Shown in pieces: positions 26,632-32,000 of a stretch of 32,000 nucleotides of DNA. The position numbers were made by a program, and so were the translations under genes. Location: NCBI GenBank assembly GCA_049974095.1, contig JBMFJD010000005.1, forward strand, positions 29,189 to 61,188. Direction: 5' to 3'. This stretch comes from Nanopusillaceae archaeon. GTDB taxonomy: Archaea > Nanobdellota > Nanobdellia > Nanobdellales > Nanobdellaceae. Under the pieces are notes generated by a model that was not told where the DNA came from, did no database searches, and worked only from the letters and a program-made list of their open reading frames with translations. Numbering within the stretch: the stretch's first letter is position 1; the number at the start of each line of letters is the position of its first letter.

Positions 26632-27780
26632 TCATTTTTTTATTTCAATTAAAAATCCTTTTAAATAATCTAATTCTTTATGTGGAAATATAACTTTATG
26701 ATCTAATGCTTGATGAAATCTATATAATATTTCAAATTTTTTATTTTTCCTCCTTATTAATGTCCTCAATATTGAATAAAATTTCTCTTCTTTTAAATCT
26801 TGAGAACAGGAAAATGTAATTAAATATCCTTCATCAATTAAATCTAATGCAATAGAATTTATTAGAATTATACTTTTTAATCCTTTTTCGTAATTTTCCG
26901 CTAATAAATCTGGAGGATCTAATATAATTATATCAAATTTTCTTTTTTCTAAATAAAATTCTTTTAATATTTTAAATGCATTTCCATTTATTATTTCATA
27001 ATTTCCGATATTATTTAACTTTATATTTTTATTTAGTATTTTTATTGCTTCTTTGTTTTTTTCAACAAAATATTTTCTTTCAGAATTTATTATTATACCA
27101 AAAGACCCTATATATGAAAATACATCCAATATTTTTTCTCCAGATAATTGACTTAGTATTTTTCTATTTTCTCTCTGATCTAAAAACCATCCTGTTTTCT
27201 GTCCATATAAAATATTTACATAAAATTTTTTTCCAACTTCTTCAATAATTGTTTCATATTTATTTCCATATAAAAATCTTTCTATTGGTTTTAAAAATGC
27301 TCTTTCTCTTTGTTTTCCAATACTTTTTTCATAAATTGTGATATTACTTCCAAATAATTCTATTAAAGAATTTTTTATTATATCAATATTTTTATCAAAA
27401 AAAGGATTTACATTTTGAATAACAAAAATATCATTATATTTATCAATTATTAGTCCAGATAAAAAATCTGATTCTGAATATACTAATCTATAATGATTTT
27501 TATAATTTATTATTTCTTCTCTATATCTTTTAGCTTCTTTTATCTTTTCTTTTATTTCTTTATATGGATCAAAATCTTCATTATATGATAATATTCTTAT
27601 ATAGTGATATTCATCTTTTGGATTTATAGTTCCCCAAGCCAAAAAATTATTTTTATATACTAATTTTACTAGATCTCCAGGTTCTACATCAATTTTTTTA
27701 ATCCAATTTGTAGAAAAAACCTGTTTACCTCTTAATATTTCTCTTTTTACTCTTTCTCCTACTTTTATCTCATATTGCAT
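26632..27780 (-). CDS. PUA-domain SAM-dependent RNA methyltransferase (RlmI / COG1092-like)
   Basis: N-terminal PUA-like segment (VKREILRGKQVFSTNWIKKIDVEPGDLVKLV), a central domain ending in GWFLDQRENR, then the MTase core with ILDVFSYIGSFG and IIILDPPD. Confidence 0.75.
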   Translation of the reverse strand: MQYEIKVGERVKREILRGKQVFSTNWIKKIDVEPGDLVKLVYKNNFLAWGTINPKDEYHYIRILSYNEDFDPYKEIKEKIKEAKRYREEIINYKNHYRLVYSESDFLSGLIIDKYNDIFVIQNVNPFFDKNIDIIKNSLIELFGSNITIYEKSIGKQRERAFLKPIERFLYGNKYETIIEEVGKKFYVNILYGQKTGWFLDQRENRKILSQLSGEKILDVFSYIGSFGIIINSERKYFVEKNKEAIKILNKNIKLNNIGNYEIINGNAFKILKEFYLEKRKFDIIILDPPDLLAENYEKGLKSIILINSIALDLIDEGYLITFSCSQDLKEEKFYSILRTLIRRKNKKFEILYRFHQALDHKVIFPHKELDYLKGFLIEIKK

Positions 27781-29098
27781 ATTCTATTGATAATATTAAA
27801 TAATAAAAACCAGATTGCGTTTGATTCATTTTTACAAGATCTTCTCCAAATTGTAAATAGTTATAAGAAGTTATTGAAAATCCATATTTATTGTAATAAT
27901 AGTAATCTAGTTCTTCAATAGATTTTGCTGAATTTTCATTCATATAATTTGTATCATTTCCTAAGAATAAATAAAATATATTAGATAAATAATCCATTTT
28001 TTCAAAACAAGATAGATTTGTTGGTAATTGATATTGATATACATATTGCATTAATCTATATTCTTGATCTATTAAATTACATTCGTTTAATCTATATATA
28101 TTAAAACTAATTGGTAAAAATTCTGCCCATCCCAATGAGGAATAATATCTCCAATATGCTTCCTGTATATTATCTAATGTTTGGTTTGCATCTTCTAATC
28201 TAGAAATTACCTGATATTTTATTTCTTCACATTCATAATTTCCAAAGCAATTATAATTTTCTATTTTATTATAAAAATTATTTATATCATTTTCCAATTC
28301 TTCTTTTGTTATATTTGGATAAAATTCTTTATTTGTAACCTTTTCTTCAAAACACAAACTTGCAGCAGTATAATAATCTCCTTTAGAAATATAATAATTT
28401 ATTGTTTCATTATTTATTCCTTCACATATTTGTTCTGTTATATTTTTCATTGTTTCTACATAATTTTCTGGAGGAATATATGTATTATTAAATTCTTCTC
28501 CAAAATATATTTTTTCTAGATCTAATATTGTATATGCTTGAATTATATGAGAATTATTATAAACTGGCGCTACCATATATGGAAAATATTGTAATGTTGC
28601 ATCTAATTTATATTTAATTCCAGCAATTGGAGCAATTAATCCATTTGGTAACATAAAACCTGTAACTGGATAATTTACTTTCATACTTTCATTTTCTATT
28701 GCTTCTAAAACTAATAATGTTAAACCTACTGTTCCAGAAAATCCTTCTGCAAATAGAACATCATTCGAACTAAAATAATAATTATAATTATCACATTTAT
28801 CTGGATAAATGCTACATACTGCATCTTTTGCAAATAAATATGCTAAGTTATAATCGCTATAAAATATTGGGGGAATTGATGCATAAACTATACCATTTCC
28901 TGGAGTTACTTTTAGAAAAAATTGTGTAATTTCTCCAGATAGATTTCCAGATATATTTAATACTGCTGGAACATATACAGAATATTCAGAAGAAAAAATA
29001 GTATTATTTTGATTATAAATTGATAGATAATATAATAAATAAAATGAAGATATTAATAATAGAAAAGCTATGATATAATACGTATATTTTCTATTCAT
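27770..29098 (-). CDS. Signal-anchored Lon-protease-domain (S16-like; 'predicted archaeal serine protease' type) protein with a C-terminal Cys-rich extension
   Basis: N-terminal RK plus TM (YYIIAFLLLISSFYLLYYLSI). The Lon_C-like layout follows: VYVPAVLNISGNLSGEITQFFLKVTPGNGIVY .. FAEGFSGTVGLTLLVLEAI .. YPVTGFMLPNGLIAPIAGIKYKLDA. This aligns with VPAV..G.G..i.v.v..G.G / GPSAG / TGei..dG.v.piGGi..K..AA. An extra ~250 aa follows with about 8 Cys and many N-x-S/T sequons. Confidence 0.5.
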   Translation of the reverse strand: MNRKYTYYIIAFLLLISSFYLLYYLSIYNQNNTIFSSEYSVYVPAVLNISGNLSGEITQFFLKVTPGNGIVYASIPPIFYSDYNLAYLFAKDAVCSIYPDKCDNYNYYFSSNDVLFAEGFSGTVGLTLLVLEAIENESMKVNYPVTGFMLPNGLIAPIAGIKYKLDATLQYFPYMVAPVYNNSHIIQAYTILDLEKIYFGEEFNNTYIPPENYVETMKNITEQICEGINNETINYYISKGDYYTAASLCFEEKVTNKEFYPNITKEELENDINNFYNKIENYNCFGNYECEEIKYQVISRLEDANQTLDNIQEAYWRYYSSLGWAEFLPISFNIYRLNECNLIDQEYRLMQYVYQYQLPTNLSCFEKMDYLSNIFYLFLGNDTNYMNENSAKSIEELDYYYYNKYGFSITSYNYLQFGEDLVKMNQTQSGFYYLILSIEYAI

Positions 29099-29885
29099 TC
29101 TTTTTTTGATTTTCAGAAATATTTATATATCCTACTCTCATTAGGTACTTTATATTATCTTCTATCTTTCTTTTTATATAGGATTTCTTTCCTTCTGTAA
29201 ATTCTTCCCAAAAGGATAATAAAACAGCATTATATTTAGAATATGAAGAAACTTCTATTTCTGATACTTTTAAGCCTTCAACAATTATTTCTTTATATTT
29301 CTTATTAAAATCTTTAATCTCATTTGATAAACCTTGATATTCTCCAACTAAAAATAACTTTACTTTGTATCTTACTTCCATTTCTGGAAATACTTCCTTA
29401 AGAATATAAGCAAATATCATTACTTCATATTTCTTCATTAATAGTAGGTTAATTATATTAATAGGCTGCCAAGCTTTTCCTATATCTTTCGTACTTATTT
29501 CTTCAATTAGAATTGCATTCGAATTTGATCTTCTAATTATATCTGGCTGTGAACTTATTATTATATTATAATTAGGATATAAATAAAGTATCATTGGATC
29601 AGCTATAGAGCTCCCTTTTAAAGCTTCCATTTCAAGAAAACCGTCATGTCTTTTCTTTATTTCTTTTATATAATTTCGGGAGGTTTTATATGGAAATATT
29701 AAATAAGAAGCAGCTATAGAAACTTCATTATTACATGATGAACATATCTTATTATTATTCTCCTTTATTTTATCTAATATTTCTTCTAACCTAATTTCAT
29801 TTACTTTATCATTATAAAAAATTTTAGGATTATTAGATTTTGCTGATAAACACGTTTTATCACATGAACTCAATAAAGTAACCAT
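29091..29885 (-). CDS. Cytoplasmic 4-Cys protein with a possible PD-(D/E)xK-like nuclease core, unknown function
   Basis: 264 aa. CDKTC at residues 8-12 plus CSSC at 48-51 could form a Zn ribbon. Later FLEMEAL .. ADPMILYLYP .. SQPDIIRR .. AILIEEISTKD resembles the E / D / ExK strand pattern of restriction-endonuclease-fold proteins, but the Lys is displaced. The stop overlaps the next gene's start by 8 nt. Confidence 0.45.
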   Translation of the reverse strand: MVTLLSSCDKTCLSAKSNNPKIFYNDKVNEIRLEEILDKIKENNNKICSSCNNEVSIAASYLIFPYKTSRNYIKEIKKRHDGFLEMEALKGSSIADPMILYLYPNYNIIISSQPDIIRRSNSNAILIEEISTKDIGKAWQPINIINLLLMKKYEVMIFAYILKEVFPEMEVRYKVKLFLVGEYQGLSNEIKDFNKKYKEIIVEGLKVSEIEVSSYSKYNAVLLSFWEEFTEGKKSYIKRKIEDNIKYLMRVGYINISENQKKNE

Positions 29886-29920
29886 TTTATATTAATTACA
29901 AGAAATGTAAATAAATTAAA

Positions 29921-30004
29921 CGCCGCGGGTGGGATTTGAACCCACGCCCCCTTTCGGGGAATGGATTAGCAATCCATCCCCTTGGGCCACTCGGGCACCG
30001 CGGC
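29921..30004 (-). tRNA. tRNA-Ser (anticodon GCU), class II with long variable arm
   Basis: Hand-folded, 84 nt. Acceptor GCCGCGG/CCGCGGC with discriminator G. Anticodon stem AUGGA/UCCAU with loop UUGCUAA. Variable arm CCCC-GAAA-GGGG. T arm GUGGG-UUCAAAU-CCCAC. No CCA and no intron. Confidence 0.95.
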
Positions 30005-30005
30005 A

Positions 30006-30404
30006 TCAGGTTTTATACATTATATTATATAAAACATTGTTAAAAGGATATAAAAGTTGAATATACGTATTATTTTCTATAGAAATATTCTTTATAAAAC
30101 AAACAGTTGACTGATTTTGATATATTGTATTATCAGAACAATTTAATTTATATAAATTTCCAGAAATATTTAAAATCAGATTTGATGTATTAATATATGG
30201 TAATTGTATATCATTTAAGTAAATATATAGACTATTGTTAGATATATTTACTGTATAGTTATAAGGATTTGGATAAAACTTTATTCTTAAAGGATAATTT
30301 GCATTATTTGTAAAATATCCTTTAGATATTAAAAGATACATAGAAACTATTAAAAATACTACAACAAATATTACTAAAGATGTAATTATGTCTCTTTTAT
30401 TCAT
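30006..30404 (-). CDS. Small signal-anchored, sequon-dense protein (putative surface glycoprotein), unknown function
   Basis: 132 aa. N-terminal KRD plus TM (IITSLVIFVVVFLIVSMYLLI), then ~100 aa with 9 N-x-S/T sequons and 2 Cys. The stop codon lies 1 nt from the tRNA-Ser 5' end. Confidence 0.5.
   Translation of the reverse strand: MNKRDIITSLVIFVVVFLIVSMYLLISKGYFTNNANYPLRIKFYPNPYNYTVNISNNSLYIYLNDIQLPYINTSNLILNISGNLYKLNCSDNTIYQNQSTVCFIKNISIENNTYIQLLYPFNNVLYNIMYKT
30025..30034 (-). promoter_or_regulatory. TATA box embedded in the 3' end of the upstream ORF, positioned for initiation at tRNA-Ser +1
   Basis: The minus strand reads TTTTATATAA at -30 to -21 relative to the tRNA-Ser 5' end (centre about -26). 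Confidence 0.4.
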
Positions 30405-30405
30405 G

Positions 30406-30427
30406 AAGAATATTTAAAAATATTCTT
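30406..30427. promoter_or_regulatory. Perfect 10-bp inverted repeat in a 36-nt divergent promoter region
   Basis: AAGAATATTT-AA-AAATATTCTT at 30406-30427, between the divergent starts at 30404 (-) and 30441 (+). Confidence 0.3.
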
Positions 30428-30440
30428 TAAAAACTTTATT

Positions 30441-30647
30441 ATGAAAAAAATAAGAGTATTTATTGAAAGATATAATACAGAAAATGAAATAGAATTTAAT
30501 GGAAAAAATGTTAAAGAACTACTAGATATGTTAAATTTACCATCTTCAAGATTTATAGTTGTAAAAAATGGAGAAATCATAACTGAAGATGAAGAAATAA
30601 ATGATGGAGATTATATAAAAATATTAGATTCTGTATCTGGAGGATAA
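30441..30647 (+). CDS. ThiS/MoaD/SAMP-type ubiquitin-like sulfur-carrier or modifier protein (C-terminal Gly-Gly)
   Basis: 68 aa ending ..ILDSVSGG-stop. The beta-grasp-like pattern (VNGEIIxxDxxLxDGDxIxI) is seen as VKNGEIITEDEEINDGDYIKIL. Confidence 0.7.
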   Translation: MKKIRVFIERYNTENEIEFNGKNVKELLDMLNLPSSRFIVVKNGEIITEDEEINDGDYIKILDSVSGG

Positions 30648-30678
30648 ATTTATATTTTTTTAAATCCATTTTTTATTT

Positions 30679-31596
30679 ATGCTTGATCCTTATTTTGTAG
30701 ATTATTATCAAATAATAAAAAAATTTGAAAATTTAGAAGAATTGAATTATGAAAAAATATTGATATCGGGAATGGGGGCTTCTGGAGTAAATGGGGATTA
30801 TATGAAACAAATATTGGATAATAAAGAGATAACTGTTTGCAAGGACTATTTTTTACCAAAGTTCATTAATAAAGATTGGTTAACAATATTTGTTTCATAT
30901 TCTGGAGATACAGAAGAAACGCTAAATTGCATGAATGAAGCAATAAATAATGGAAATAAAGTTGTAGCAATATCTGCAGGAGGAGAAATGGAAAAAATTG
31001 CAAGAGAAAAAAATTTATATTATGTAAAATTTGAAAAAAGTTTTCCAGCAACAAGATATACTTTTCCAATTATCTTAGGAATATTATTATCTATTTTGGA
31101 TAAGAAAAAATATTATGAATTATTGGAAATATTAAAAGATTATAAAGAAAAGATAAAGGATTTATCAATATTTTCAAATGATATAAAAAATCCAATAATG
31201 ATTTATACAGATATAAAACATGAACCTGCTGCAATTAGTTTAAAGACACATTTAAATGAAGATGATAAATGGTTTGCACAATATGGAATTTTATCTGAAT
31301 ATAATCATCATGATTTAGAAAGTATTGGAAAACTAAATTTTGATTTTATTTTATTAAAATTTAATTATTATCAAAGAATTGAATATAGAATAAATTATCT
31401 AAAAGATTTATTAGAAAATTATGGAAACAATGTATTATTATTTGATTTAAGATATAGGAATTTATTAGAAGAATTAGTTTTAGGGACATTATCCATTAGG
31501 ACTTTTACATTAAATTTAGCAGAAAAATTAAATGTAAATCCATATGAAAGTAAGAATATTGTTGGATTGAAAGCTTTTCTAAAAAATATACATTAA
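30679..31596 (+). CDS. Bifunctional phosphoglucose/phosphomannose isomerase-type SIS-domain protein
   Basis: ILISGMGASGVNGDY and VSYSGDTEETL SIS motifs. At 305 aa its size and layout match the archaeal PGI/PMI family. Confidence 0.75.
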   Translation: MLDPYFVDYYQIIKKFENLEELNYEKILISGMGASGVNGDYMKQILDNKEITVCKDYFLPKFINKDWLTIFVSYSGDTEETLNCMNEAINNGNKVVAISAGGEMEKIAREKNLYYVKFEKSFPATRYTFPIILGILLSILDKKKYYELLEILKDYKEKIKDLSIFSNDIKNPIMIYTDIKHEPAAISLKTHLNEDDKWFAQYGILSEYNHHDLESIGKLNFDFILLKFNYYQRIEYRINYLKDLLENYGNNVLLFDLRYRNLLEELVLGTLSIRTFTLNLAEKLNVNPYESKNIVGLKAFLKNIH

Positions 31597-31987
31597 AATA
31601 TTTTCCATATTCCATTAGCTTTTGCAAATATTTTTTCTTCATTATATAATAATCCTTCAACAAATACAATTGAACTTCCTTTTCTCATTACTTTTCCCTT
31701 TAAATAAAATTTATTGCCTTTTGCTTCATTCAAAAAATCTATATACAAACTAATTGTTACCTGATTTTCTTTATCATTTACTAGTCTTACTAAGAATCCT
31801 AAAGAAAAATCAAATAATAATTCTATAAATCCTCCAAATAAAAATCCTTCTTTTCTATAATAGTAATCTTTACTACTAAATGATAATATTATTTCATCTT
31901 TCTCAATTTTTCTATATTGAAATCTAGATTAATCACTTTTAAAATTGGTATTTCTTCATATATTTTTTCTTTTAAATTTATATCCAT
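31593..31987 (-). pseudogene. PaaI/4HBT-type hotdog-fold thioesterase gene interrupted by a single frameshift
   Basis: The minus-strand ATG at 31987 gives MDINLKEKIYEEIPILKVINLDFNIEKLRKMK-stop, with the stop at 31891-31889. A second frame, open from 31928, reads ..KIEKDEIILSFSSKDYYYRKEGFLFGGFIELLFDFSLGFLVRLVNDKENQVTISLYIDFLNEAKGNKFYLKGKVMRKGSSIVFVEGLLYNEEKIFAKANGIWKIF-stop at 31593. Joined, they give a ~131-aa thioesterase. The total is 395 nt, 1 nt short of in-frame. An A5 run lies at 31907-31911. Confidence 0.6.
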
Positions 31988-32000
31988 TATATCTATTTAC

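Noticed and set aside
13043-30004. Mobile element, integrase or genomic island boundaries at the three tRNA genes; split or intron-containing tRNAs.
   Set aside because: No integrase, transposase or direct repeat of a tRNA 3' end was seen near any tRNA. All three tRNAs fold as continuous cloverleaves without introns, and no other GC-rich islands that could be tRNA halves were noticed.
1248-30859. About 25 short ORFs in the track (60-115 aa) lying antisense to or inside larger genes. Examples are 1248-1457, 2362-2577, 4283-4480, 6241-6447, 7396-7632, 8497-9008, 9618-9884, 11006-11221, 11909-12121, 12340-12675, 13989-14300, 18538-18870, 19999-20496, 21404-21643, 21980-22327, 23727-23960, 24666-24908, 26976-27248, 30677-30859 and 30866-31069.
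   Set aside because: They are shadow ORFs. Their composition is low-complexity L/I/F/Y/S-rich, typical of the reverse complement of K/E/I/N-rich AT-biased genes. They have no motifs, and each is fully covered by a motif-supported gene on the other strand.
31889-31928. Programmed -1 ribosomal frameshifting as the explanation for the split thioesterase gene.
   Set aside because: The overlap region has no canonical X XXY YYZ slippery heptamer in the zero frame (ATA GAA AAA TTG) and no obvious downstream GC-rich stem or pseudoknot. An indel or homopolymer error is the simpler explanation, though transcriptional slippage on A5 cannot be excluded.
1-32000. CRISPR arrays, rRNA genes, larger structured RNAs (RNase P, SRP, H/ACA).
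   Set aside because: No regularly spaced direct repeats were seen. No non-coding gap exceeds ~100 nt. The only GC-rich islands are the three tRNAs, so there is no space for such elements.

Overview
Very AT-rich (about a quarter G+C by eye), extremely gene-dense archaeal chromosome segment. Archaeal hallmarks include RFC small and large subunits, Rpo3/D, eS1/S3Ae, archaeal-type ValRS and LeuRS, a short archaeal TIM, a PGI/PMI-type isomerase and C/D box sRNAs. I support about 36 protein genes, 3 tRNAs (Val-UAC, Gly-GCC, Ser-GCU; none with encoded CCA or introns), 2 C/D box sRNA candidates that no ORF track shows, and one frameshifted hotdog-fold thioesterase gene missing from the ORF track. Intergenic spacers are mostly under 70 nt. 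Many gene ends overlap, including convergent 3' ends, and TATA-like boxes sit about 26 nt upstream of several start codons, which suggests leaderless mRNAs. Conserved archaeal operons are scattered: the uL4-like, rpoD and S3Ae genes are all isolated. Together with the small gene sizes this suggests a reduced-genome DPANN/Nanoarchaeota-like organism that still keeps glycolytic enzymes (GAPN-like ALDH, TIM, PGI/PMI); this is inference only. No CRISPR array, transposase or integrase was seen. Most interesting are the two sRNAs, the tRNA-mRNA junctions with almost no spacer, and a minus-strand cluster at 27770-30404. That cluster encodes a signal-anchored Lon-like protease with a Cys-rich extension, a 4-Cys nuclease-like protein and a sequon-dense small surface protein. 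All homology calls come from motif recognition by eye; no searches were run.
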